A stretch of 64,000 nt of DNA from an uncultured Christensenella sp. (GTDB lineage Bacteria > Bacillota > Clostridia > Christensenellales > UBA3700): NCBI GenBank assembly GCA_949290515.1, contig CASERZ010000003.1, positions 2,961 to 66,960 on the forward strand, in the 5' to 3' direction. Below, piece by piece: positions 9,152-18,014 of this stretch. How positions within the stretch are numbered: position 1 is the stretch's first letter; each line of letters starts with the position of its first letter. Both the position numbers and the translations under genes were made by a program. The notes under the pieces were generated by a model. The model had not been told where the DNA came from, did no database searches, and was given only the letters and a program-made list of their open reading frames with translations.

Positions 9152-10012
9152 TCAGTTCCTGAATTTAGCTCTGAATACGCTGGGAGACATACCAGTGTAA
9201 TGTCTGAATGCGTTGGAAAAATAGTGCTGGTCTATAAAATTCAATTTCTCGGATATTTCGCTCAGAGTATAATCGCTTGTCCTCAAATACATCTTGGCAA
9301 GTTCGATTTTCCGCCTTATATAATACTGCGCAGGCGTGCAACCGAATTGTTTTTTGAAACTGCGAATGATATAATTGACCGAATAATGAAGCTTTTCGGC
9401 AATATCTTTAACGGTAACGTTTTCGTGCGAAGAATAATCGAGTATATATTTTATTTTATATGCCACGCTCTGATTTTCACTTCTCGACAAAGCCGCATTG
9501 ACGTCAACCATAAAACTACAGAATAAAAGCGTAGAATATTTTATAAATTCTTCGATATTGCTTTTGTATGTATTGTATAAATCTGCAAGTCCTGAAAAAA
9601 GATATTCGGCATTAAAGTCCTTTACGTAGCAGGTATCTTCGGGAAGATACCACTCTACCATTTTGTGAGCCAGTTCTCCGTCGAGAATCAACCACTCTTT
9701 TTCCCACAGATTGTCTTTGTCCGGATAATATTTGTGATTGCTTCCTTTTGTAAGAAAAAACACGCTTCCTTGCGAAACCTTAAACGTTTTTCCGTTAACA
9801 ATCAGTGTTCCGCTTCCTTTTTTTATATATTCAACCGCAAGAATCTGCGAATTGACGCGCTCGACGAAATAGTTTTCGTCTTTTACGGCACGACAATCGG
9901 ACGAGCCAATCATTCCTATGAAAAAAGGCTTTTCGGGATTGTAATAATTCCACAAGGACAAAGCATCATCGCTAAGGTTGATTTTTTTAACATTCATTAT
10001 AGTTTTCTCCAT
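9152..10012 (-). CDS. AraC-family transcriptional regulator
   Basis: N-terminal cupin-like sugar-binding region. The C-terminal AraC HTH reads VKDIAEKLHYSVNYIIRSFKKQFGCTPAQYYIRRKIELAKMYL...QHYFSNAFRHYTGMSPSVFR. An alternative start MNVKK at 9997 has the better RBS spacing. Confidence 0.85.
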   Translation of the reverse strand: MEKTIMNVKKINLSDDALSLWNYYNPEKPFFIGMIGSSDCRAVKDENYFVERVNSQILAVEYIKKGSGTLIVNGKTFKVSQGSVFFLTKGSNHKYYPDKDNLWEKEWLILDGELAHKMVEWYLPEDTCYVKDFNAEYLFSGLADLYNTYKSNIEEFIKYSTLLFCSFMVDVNAALSRSENQSVAYKIKYILDYSSHENVTVKDIAEKLHYSVNYIIRSFKKQFGCTPAQYYIRRKIELAKMYLRTSDYTLSEISEKLNFIDQHYFSNAFRHYTGMSPSVFRAKFRN

Positions 10013-10195
10013 TCATCCTTACGCATATCTATGATAAAATTATAATAGCATAAAATTTAAAGGTTTACAACTTTCAAATCGACAAACAAAAAAAACACTC
10101 ATATACGTGCCCGGTCGACACAAAAAGTAGTCCTAGCAATGACCGTACTTACGACTCAAAGGCGCGCGTTGCAATTTACGAAATCGGGAGAAAAT

Positions 10196-10993
10196 ATGAA
10201 AAAATTTACAAAAAAGATACTCGTCTGTGCACTACTGCCCTTAATGATAGCTTCTTGTACTTTGACTTTTTCAGGCTGCCAATCGAAAATGCAACCTCAA
10301 TATTACAATCTCGATACCGAGACACTCAGAGTCGGCATTATCTCAGATGCTCAACTGACTGAAAATTACGACAGCTACGCTCAAAATCTGGAAAAAGCCC
10401 TGACTTATCTTAAAAATCGCGGCACGGACGTATTGATATTCGGGGGCGATTATTCAGACCTCGGTACGCAAAAAGCCGCCGACAGATTCAAAAGCGTATA
10501 TGACGGCGTTTTCGGCAATGACAAACCTATCAGTGTTGCCGTAATGGGCAACCACGACTATTGGCTCGGCAACTTCTTCGATTGCTGGGAAATACCCTTT
10601 AAATCCAAAATGCGTAAAAGACTCGAAGGAATTTTCGACGATAACTATATCAACGTAAAAGTTATCAACGGATATACGTTTTTTGCATTCAGTCCCGAAG
10701 ACGGGTCTATGGACGGCAAATACGATATCGAACTCGCACGCAAAGTGCTCGACGACGCCGTACAACGCACACCCGATAAACCTATATTCGTTGTTACGCA
10801 TCAAAACCCTTCTGACACGATAAGAGGAAGTCAGGCTTGGGGTAACTCTCAGCTCAACAAACTTTTTAAAAACTATCCGAACGTCTTATCTATATCCGGA
10901 CATTCGCATTATTCTATGCTTGACGAAACAAACGTTATGCAGACGATTGCAGCAAAGGCGGCACTCTCGCAACCCTCGATAACGCAAACGTAA
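10196..10993 (+). CDS. calcineurin-like metallophosphoesterase lipoprotein (3' end possibly frame-shifted or truncated)
   Basis: Start MKKFTKKILVCALLPLMIASCTLTFSGC (lipobox) follows GGGAGAAAAT. Motifs GGDYSDLG, GNHDYW and GHSHYS are present. Only 27 aa follow GHSH. A second frame continues to 11025 (GGTLATLDNANVKVSRILYTQN*). Confidence 0.7.
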   Translation: MKKFTKKILVCALLPLMIASCTLTFSGCQSKMQPQYYNLDTETLRVGIISDAQLTENYDSYAQNLEKALTYLKNRGTDVLIFGGDYSDLGTQKAADRFKSVYDGVFGNDKPISVAVMGNHDYWLGNFFDCWEIPFKSKMRKRLEGIFDDNYINVKVINGYTFFAFSPEDGSMDGKYDIELARKVLDDAVQRTPDKPIFVVTHQNPSDTIRGSQAWGNSQLNKLFKNYPNVLSISGHSHYSMLDETNVMQTIAAKAALSQPSITQT

Positions 10994-11095
10994 AAGTCAG
11001 TCGGATACTGTATACGCAAAACTGAATTTGCAGCATACCTATGCCGTAAATCTGCGTGACTTTTTAATATAATATAAAAACTTATAATATTATAT

Positions 11096-11134
11096 AATTT
11101 ATACAATTTACATAAGGCTTAAATTGTATAAATT
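11096..11134 (+). repeat. 39-bp hairpin repeat, copy 1 (AATTTATACAATTTA-CATAAGGCT-TAAATTGTATAAATT)
   Basis: Perfect 15-bp inverted arms around a 9-nt loop. Intergenic, between convergent genes. Flanked by TATAATATTATA-type AT-rich DNA and a GC-rich ACGCGTA-T-TACGCGT palindrome. Confidence 0.9.
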
Positions 11135-11188
11135 AAAGGCCGAACGCGTATTACGCGTACGCGCACAAACGTCTTAAGGCACATTATT

Positions 11189-11232
11189 TAAGAATACCTG
11201 CGGTAAAACTGCCGCAGGTATTCTTATTTTTA
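11189..11232. terminator. rho-independent terminator between convergent genes
   Basis: 14-bp stem AAGAATACCTGCGG/CCGCAGGTATTCTT with an 8-nt loop, followed by ATTTTTAT on the plus strand. Confidence 0.6.
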
Positions 11233-12885
11233 TCAGTACCTCATATCGGCAATAAATACGTCTATATCGTCTTTTTGCCTGTATTCTATCCTGAGAATAT
11301 TGTCGTCAAACTCCGCACTGAGAATAGTCGGCACGTTGCCGTCGAATACCTTTGCGATGATTTTCTTTTTCTCATCGTCGTAGTCGTCCACGTTATCGGA
11401 TGTAAACAATACCTTGCCCGTAAGTTTGTTGCACTCGGCAAGAGTCTTTTTCTGCTCCTTGTTAAGACGTATATTATTGTCCCTCAGCAAAAATACGTCG
11501 GGGTCGTTGCCGAAAGCTCTGCCGTCGAGATGTCTTCTGAATACGCTGTTGAGCATAGCGTGAATGATTGATACGCCTTCGCGACTGTCATACTTTCTCT
11601 TTCCCCACTCAAGACTGATGTCAGGTCCTATCCTGCAATAATCAACCTTGCCGAAAGCGGGAGCGAGAGGTACGCCGCAGCCTAAAATCAACTTGTCTTT
11701 ACAGCATTTTCTGAGTAAATCCATAGCATCGCACATAATCTCTCCGCGCGACTTTCCGTGAATGGGCTCTATGCACGCGCAGTAAAGAAAATCCAGTTTT
11801 ACGAGGTCGTATCCCCAGTCTGACAAAACGGTATCGAAGACTTTTTCTACGTATCGTCTTGCCTCGGGATTATAGATATCGAGCGAATAAAAGCCGCCCC
11901 AGTTTGCACCTGCTTTTACGAGTTTTCCCTTGCGGTTTCTTACCAACCAATCTTTGTGCTCTTTGTATATAAATGACTTTTGAGTTACGGCAAAAGGAGC
12001 AAGCCATATTCCCGCAAGCATACCTTTTGCGTGTATGGATTGAGCTACGGGTTTCATTCCGTCGGCAAACTTTGCTTTATCGGTGTTAAGCCAGTCGCCT
12101 ATCGCCCTTTGATAACCGTCATCTATCTGAAAGATATCCACTTTTTGAGGAAGTCTTCCGATAGCTTGCAAATCTCTCATAACGATTTTACAATCTATAT
12201 TGTTATAATAATTGTACCACGTGGTGTATCCCGTAAGAAGTTTCCGCTTGAAGGGCGCGATATTCATTGCGTTGAAGTACGCGTCGAAAGCATCCTCGTA
12301 GTCTCCCGAGAAAAATCCCAAATCGGCAAGCAAGTTTTCGCCTGCGCCAAACTCCTTACCCTCAAGGTCTTTCCATATTGTAATCTCATTTTGTTTTACG
12401 TCAAATTCGATTACGGTATAACCTGTCCTTTCGCTGAGCGAACCGATGAGGTCTATAGCGTTGCCTCGCCTTACGTAAGCATAAGAAAATCCGTAAAACT
12501 TTCCTGGGACGTTTTTGAATTTCAGTATAGGCAAATCTCCCGCGTTGCTGACTCCCGTCGCTTTTCCTAACGGTCCCGCAAGGAAAGCTTTCATTAAAGG
12601 GGCGGGAGAATACATCTTGTCGGTTATGCCGTATTCGAAACTGTCTGTCCAGGACTGATAGCCGTTGACGTATATCTTGTCGCCTTCGCAATAATCGTAT
12701 CTGAACTTCATTACGAATTTGTTTGCGCAAAACTTTTTATCAGACTTGCATTTTGCTCTTAATATGTTTGCTTCTCTCCCCATCGTAACTTCTATATTTG
12801 CACTATCGTCGGTGCCGATAAGTTTACATTCGGTTACGTAATAATTTTCATAGGTATTTTTGTCAGGTATTTTGTAGGTTATCAC
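11233..12885 (-). CDS. alpha-galactosidase, glycoside hydrolase family 36 (short subgroup)
   Basis: 550-aa ORF. Motifs DIFQIDDGYQRAIGDW and GYDLVKLDFLY (nucleophile region), TTWYNYY. Apparent GTG start with AAGGAG 10 nt upstream. Overlaps the transporter gene's 3' end by 23 nt. Confidence 0.85.
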   Translation of the reverse strand: MITYKIPDKNTYENYYVTECKLIGTDDSANIEVTMGREANILRAKCKSDKKFCANKFVMKFRYDYCEGDKIYVNGYQSWTDSFEYGITDKMYSPAPLMKAFLAGPLGKATGVSNAGDLPILKFKNVPGKFYGFSYAYVRRGNAIDLIGSLSERTGYTVIEFDVKQNEITIWKDLEGKEFGAGENLLADLGFFSGDYEDAFDAYFNAMNIAPFKRKLLTGYTTWYNYYNNIDCKIVMRDLQAIGRLPQKVDIFQIDDGYQRAIGDWLNTDKAKFADGMKPVAQSIHAKGMLAGIWLAPFAVTQKSFIYKEHKDWLVRNRKGKLVKAGANWGGFYSLDIYNPEARRYVEKVFDTVLSDWGYDLVKLDFLYCACIEPIHGKSRGEIMCDAMDLLRKCCKDKLILGCGVPLAPAFGKVDYCRIGPDISLEWGKRKYDSREGVSIIHAMLNSVFRRHLDGRAFGNDPDVFLLRDNNIRLNKEQKKTLAECNKLTGKVLFTSDNVDDYDDEKKKIIAKVFDGNVPTILSAEFDDNILRIEYRQKDDIDVFIADMRY

Positions 12886-14803
12886 AATCGTTGGTCTCCT
12901 TGTTGTTTTCTTTTATAATCATATCTTCGAAGGCTTCTCTTGCGAGTATCCGCAGATATCCTCTCTCTCCCGCCTGTTTTCTGCGGGCAATATCGTCCTT
13001 GATAAACTGCTTTTTCCTTTCCGCAAAGGCTTTGCGCTCAAAGTTGAATGAAGCTAGCTTTTCCTTGGTTTTCGCCCTTGCCTGCTCCTTTCTGTTATTG
13101 CGCTCTGCCTTTATGAAACGTTTGATTTCCTTTTCGCTCGCTCCTTGACTTCTCATTTCTTCCGCCTTAGCCGAAAGCGACGATTCGAAGTCTTCACGCT
13201 CTTTTATAGCCGCAAGACGTTTTTCTTCCGCAAGGTCTTTAGCCGCCTGAAGTTTTGCTTTGTCAGCCTCGTGCTCGAGTTCGATTTGCTCGAGGTGCTT
13301 AGCGTAAGCTTCGCGTACAACGCTTTCTTCCACGCCTTCGAAGTCGCCGTTGTCTCTGAATTTTTTAAATTCCAGCCTCTCGCGGATTTCTATCATATCC
13401 TTTGATTTGAGATTGCAGAATAAGTACGGCAGTGCCGCAAGCGCACCCGATATAAGCACGACTATAACTACCCACTGAATTATAGGCTCGCGAACGCTTG
13501 CCTGAGTAAGTATCTCGTAATCGGTTAGTCCTGTCTCGGGGTCCGCAACAAGTCCGAATTTCTCGTAAATAAACGAAAACGTTATTGTGGAAAGTATCGT
13601 GCCGACAGTAGTTATCATAAGCATAAAGTTCTGCGCAAATCCCTCAAGACGCGTGCCGTATTTGTCCTGATGATAGTCAAGTCCGTCCGAAAGCAGACTG
13701 GTCTGTATTATGTACTGGGGTCCCGAAGCAAAGTTGTAACAGAACAAAGCTATTACGAAAAAGGCAAATCCCCTTTTGAACGTAAATAGCATAAGCAGTG
13801 CCATTAAAGCATTGAGAAAGTGCGTTACGAAAGCTGCGTTTTTACGTCCCATTTTACTCATAAATATCGGCGCAAGCAGTATTCCCGGCGTAAAGCCTAC
13901 CGAAGTAATAGTCTGCACTATTCCCAACATAGAGGACTTGCCCAGCTGATACGTAACTACCCACGCAAGCAAAACGCCTATGCCGCCTTTGAATCCGTCA
14001 AAGAATTTTGATATGGACACTATCCAGAAATATCTGTTTTTGCTCAATTCCTTGCAACCCTTGAAAAACGATATCTTCTCAGTGGAAAGTCTGGTATCGA
14101 GCACTCTCTCACGCGTATTGTACAGACACAACAGACCCAGCATAAATCCGCTTATCGCAAATATGGGAACGAAAATTCTGTACGTAAGTATATTTTTCAT
14201 ACAGTCGTCGCCGAAGAATATACCCGCTATCGAAGGTAACAACAGCTGTATAAGACTGGGGCCTAAATTAGCCAGAAACTCGGATATACTGAGAATTCTC
14301 GTGCGCTCCTGCGAGTTGGGCGTAATTATCTGAGAGATACCCATATAAGCATTGTTGTACACGGGTTGAGTAATCGTGACGAGATTTATAAATATGCCTA
14401 CCAACACGCATTTGACCAAAGGCGACGCCTCGAGCGGAACGTAAGCCATACCTATAAGACCCACAACCGTAGGTATGCCCGCCCACAGCAGATAAGGACG
14501 GAATTTTCCTATCTTTGTATGCGTGTTGTCCACAAGCATACTCACGAAAGGCGTCTTGATAAGACTGATAATATTGGTGATTATCGTCAGAATGACAAAG
14601 TGTCTGGGGCTGAGTCCGTAGACCGTACCGAAAAGAAGACACGTAGAAGCAAGCGTCATATAAGAAAGAATGGAGCCGAGGCTCTTTATTCCCATTCCGC
14701 CAACGCTGAAGTAAAAAACTTCTTTATACGACACATATTCGTTCTTGCGCGGTTTTTGCCAAAAACTCCTGACGTCGTACATCAAATTAGTTAATTTTCC
14801 CAT
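12863..14803 (-). CDS. GPH-family (glycoside-pentoside-hexuronide) sugar:cation symporter with ~175-aa charged C-terminal extension
   Basis: Start MGKLTNL at 14803 follows GGGGA. About 12 hydrophobic segments are followed by a Lys/Glu/Ala-rich tail (EADKAKLQAAKDLAEEKRLAAIKERE...KEQARAKTKEK...). Confidence 0.8.
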   Translation of the reverse strand: MGKLTNLMYDVRSFWQKPRKNEYVSYKEVFYFSVGGMGIKSLGSILSYMTLASTCLLFGTVYGLSPRHFVILTIITNIISLIKTPFVSMLVDNTHTKIGKFRPYLLWAGIPTVVGLIGMAYVPLEASPLVKCVLVGIFINLVTITQPVYNNAYMGISQIITPNSQERTRILSISEFLANLGPSLIQLLLPSIAGIFFGDDCMKNILTYRIFVPIFAISGFMLGLLCLYNTRERVLDTRLSTEKISFFKGCKELSKNRYFWIVSISKFFDGFKGGIGVLLAWVVTYQLGKSSMLGIVQTITSVGFTPGILLAPIFMSKMGRKNAAFVTHFLNALMALLMLFTFKRGFAFFVIALFCYNFASGPQYIIQTSLLSDGLDYHQDKYGTRLEGFAQNFMLMITTVGTILSTITFSFIYEKFGLVADPETGLTDYEILTQASVREPIIQWVVIVVLISGALAALPYLFCNLKSKDMIEIRERLEFKKFRDNGDFEGVEESVVREAYAKHLEQIELEHEADKAKLQAAKDLAEEKRLAAIKEREDFESSLSAKAEEMRSQGASEKEIKRFIKAERNNRKEQARAKTKEKLASFNFERKAFAERKKQFIKDDIARRKQAGERGYLRILAREAFEDMIIKENNKETNDCDNLQNT

Positions 14804-14965
14804 AATTTCCCCATATGTCGGAAGTGCCGACATTTACATTATACAACAGCCCCCGAACGAATACAATAGACAATGCAAAGTCAGTTATTTATTATAAATA
14901 ATAATATATATTTATAATATTATAAATATTTAAATTATTGCGTGCGCGCAAGCGCGTAGCAAATT

Positions 14966-15006
14966 TTATATATACAATTTAGGCCTTATGTAAATTGTAT
15001 ATATAA
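14966..15006 (-). repeat. hairpin repeat, copy 2 (variant arms TTATATATACAATTTA / TAAATTGTATATATAA, loop GGCCTTATG)
   Basis: Perfect 16-bp arms. The loop is in the opposite orientation to copy 1. The outer arm bases differ from other copies on both sides, so pairing is kept. Confidence 0.85.
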
Positions 15007-15486
15007 TAAATATTTATAGTATTATTTATTTTATCTCTTTAAAAATAGTGATTTATGCAATGTTTTAATTAAATTAGCTTTTCTTGACCAAAGACTGTTT
15101 TAAACACTTCCGTATGCAATAAAACTTGTGCAGTTATGCTAAAAAACTACAAAAAAAACATATACCTCCGACGATATAAAAACAAGTTTCAAAAGACTTG
15201 CCGCAATGATTTTTTTACTCTAAACGATACTCAAAAGACCGTTCGAGTCAATTGCAATTATCAGCAATTTTTCCGCTTGTTCAGGTTCGTCAGGTTTTCC
15301 CGTCATACGATTCCGATATTTTTATACTCTGCAGGATTGTCTTTTAAATTTATAAAATAGAATAATTTATTCTCTTGAGACTTTTTTCAATGTTATTTAT
15401 ATCACTATTTTGTAGATTTTTTAACACACTTTATGGATATTTTGTAACAAAATATTAACTTTTTGAATATATTTTTAAAAACCTTC

Positions 15487-15515
15487 TTGAATTGTATAAA
15501 CTTTTAGTTTATAAT
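15487..15515 (+). promoter_or_regulatory. candidate sigma-A promoter (TTGAAT-17 nt-TATAAT)
   Basis: Located 56 nt upstream of the ATG at 15571. Confidence 0.5.
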
Positions 15516-15570
15516 GTATGTACAGTAATCCTTCGGACAAACTCCGAATAACAACATAGGAGGAAAGTAT

Positions 15571-17040
15571 ATGAAAAGCAAAAAGTACTTAGCCATTATA
15601 GCCTTGCTTCTCGTGTGTATAACGGTGTTTTCGCTTTTTGCTGCGTGCGAAAAAGCCGGAAACCGGCAAGATACTTCGTCGGAAGAAGCAGGCAACAATT
15701 CCGGAAACGAGAGCAGCGACAACCCCTCTCATTCTTCCGATAACAATCAGGGAGACGACGACTCGGACGACACTTTCTCGCCCCTCGACCCTTCGTTTGT
15801 TCCCGATATCGACAAAACCTATATCATCGACCCCGTTATCAACAACAGCTATGACGGTATCAACCGCTATATAGGCGCGTACGATTTCTCTGCTCCCGAG
15901 CAGATTGCCGTACCCGACGGAAGAGCTGTCAGCGATATTGTAGGCGCGGCAAACGTAGGCGGTAAATACAACTTCACTCAGCTCCCCTATCTTACAGAAG
16001 GCGCAGAGATGGTAGCGCACGACCTCGGCTCCAGCGTATACAGATTCGCTATGGGTCCCGAATATAAAGAAGTATATACGTTCAATCACAGCTGGAGCGA
16101 CGTATACTCTCTCAAAGAGTTGGCACAGACGTCCGCTTATGCTCAGGTATTTTCAAATTCCGACCTCAGAACTTTTGTAATCTCCGCGACGGAATTCAAC
16201 AGACTCGCTTATGAAAAGGTCGCTACCGAAAACAGAGACCCCAATTACTTTACTCAGGACTACGTAAGAGTTACAAACGAATTCTACGACCTCGCAAAAT
16301 ATCTTTTGCAAACTTACGGCTCACAGAACAAGACTTTTATTATCTCTACCGCTGACGGCGACGAAGTTTTCGGAGAGATTTACGACAAGTGCACCATCAA
16401 CGGCGGCACCACCCAAAGAAAAGCTCTTGTTGAAACTTATTACCGTTATCTCAATGCAAGACAGAACGGTATAAATAAAGCCGTAGCCGAAGTAAAAGCT
16501 TCGAAAGCAAAAGTTTACGGATGCATAGAAGTGAATTATATATCTTCGCAAATCACGGGCGTTGCAAACCGTCCCAGAATAGTAGACGAGGTAATTCCTC
16601 ATACCTACGCAGACTTGTACTCTTTCAATGACAGCTACACTGCTCTCGGATACAAAAACCTCGTCAGCGAATTGACTTATCTTTTATCCAAAATACCCAA
16701 CCCTAATAAGGACTTCGACGGCAAGAGAAACGTAATCCTCGGCGGAATTTCATACGCTGCCAATACTGAAGGCGCAGATGGTCAGCTCAACGCTATCGCA
16801 TCCAGCGTAATTCAAGCGGTCGAATGGGGCGTGCAGTACGTAGTATACGATTCTTATTTCTGCACCACCCGCACCGACTCTTCTCTCGACGACCGTCCTA
16901 CTAACGGCAATATGGCAGGTTGCTGGCTCGTATGCCCCGACGGCTCGTACGCACCGATATTCTGGTACCTCAAAGGTCTAAACGACGGCAAAAACTATAT
17001 GGAAAAAACTCCCTTGCTGAGACTGGAAGTACTCGAATAA
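15571..17040 (+). CDS. secreted lipoprotein of unknown function (possibly glycan-active)
   Basis: RBS AGGAGG. Signal/lipobox MKSKKYLAIIALLLVCITVFSLFAAC is followed by a Ser/Asp/Asn-rich linker and a ~400-aa globular part. I recognise no catalytic motif. Confidence 0.7.
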   Translation: MKSKKYLAIIALLLVCITVFSLFAACEKAGNRQDTSSEEAGNNSGNESSDNPSHSSDNNQGDDDSDDTFSPLDPSFVPDIDKTYIIDPVINNSYDGINRYIGAYDFSAPEQIAVPDGRAVSDIVGAANVGGKYNFTQLPYLTEGAEMVAHDLGSSVYRFAMGPEYKEVYTFNHSWSDVYSLKELAQTSAYAQVFSNSDLRTFVISATEFNRLAYEKVATENRDPNYFTQDYVRVTNEFYDLAKYLLQTYGSQNKTFIISTADGDEVFGEIYDKCTINGGTTQRKALVETYYRYLNARQNGINKAVAEVKASKAKVYGCIEVNYISSQITGVANRPRIVDEVIPHTYADLYSFNDSYTALGYKNLVSELTYLLSKIPNPNKDFDGKRNVILGGISYAANTEGADGQLNAIASSVIQAVEWGVQYVVYDSYFCTTRTDSSLDDRPTNGNMAGCWLVCPDGSYAPIFWYLKGLNDGKNYMEKTPLLRLEVLE

Positions 17041-17051
17041 AACATAAAATC

Positions 17052-17086
17052 AAAAAAAAGAAGCGGTTTCCCGCTTCTTTTTTTTG
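17052..17086 (+). terminator. rho-independent terminator
   Basis: A-tract, stem GAAGCGG/CCGCTTC (loop TTTC), then an 8-T run. Confidence 0.8.
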
Positions 17087-17886
17087 ATTTCCCGTCGTAG
17101 GGACTTGATATTGTATATGTGTTGTTAGGGGTATTTAAGTTTGTTTGGATTTTTGCCCTCAACGGTTCCTCAAAGATTGTTACCTTATGCGCCGAAACTC
17201 GGCTGCTAGGAGGTCAGACCGTATAAAGCTTTTCGGTTTTTGTGATAACACTATAATCATACCATACCCCGAATCGGGGAGCAATAGGATAATAACGCAG
17301 GTTTTACATAAAAAGCGCAGGCTTTGCGTACGGCGGTAACCTGAAAGCCGAAAATGAATCAAGCCTCAAATTCGCCAAATAAGAGCAATCTGGAATTATT
17401 CGCGGGATTTATCGACGATACTCAAGACACGCGCTGATTTGCCCTATTTCGCGCTTATACGCTATCGTCACAGCCTTTGCAAGAGAGAAAAACTCCTTAG
17501 CGAGCCTTGTCTGCCTTATTTATATATAATATAGCAATGGTATTTATGCTTAAACAGCACCGCTTAACAGGTAAAACAATCCGCACGTTCCGCATTACGC
17601 TTTATTGCCTTACAATCGCAAAGATTTTATTAAAGAGAAAATCCTTAATGCGCGTAATCGGCTTAGGTAAATCATTAAAGTATACGACGTCGCATAAAAA
17701 CCGCCCTCACGCAAAAGCGGAGAGCGGTGTGTTTTTTCTTTTTCGATGTCGCCCGCAAAGGCGCGTACTGGATTAGAGGACGTGCCGCGGACAAAAGAAA
17801 AAGGCGTGCCCTTACACGGAAACGCCTTGTATGACTGTTATTTACCAACTCTGTGCGAGCGTTAAATTAAAGATTACCAACTTTGT

Positions 17887-18014
17887 GCGAGCGCGGAGAG
17901 TGGTGTGATTTTGTGAATTTCTAGCGGTTGTCCCGAATCCCGAGCGTACTTGTCGTACGTAACGGTGAGGGACGTTCCTAAAATTCGCAAAGGCGCGCCG
18001 CTATACGCGGTCGC
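17887..18014 (+). repeat. structured ~125-bp intergenic repeat, unit E
   Basis: Homologous to the units at 62.5-63.3 kb: GCGAGCGCGGAGAGTGGTG..., central GCGTAC-ttgtc-GTACGT, ...GGCGCGCCGC...GCGGTCGC. Internal complementary pairs are GAATTT/AAATTC and GTCCC/GGGAC. It abuts the pilT stop codon. A partial duplicate of its 5' end lies at 17852-17871. Confidence 0.75.

Noticed and set aside
15136-15360. 74-aa ORF in the AT-rich region upstream of the lipoprotein gene. The same applies to 58264..58491, 60685..60964 and 17145..17776.
   Set aside because: They are Lys/Asn/Phe/Tyr-rich translations of AT-rich intergenic DNA, with no RBS and no recognisable domains.
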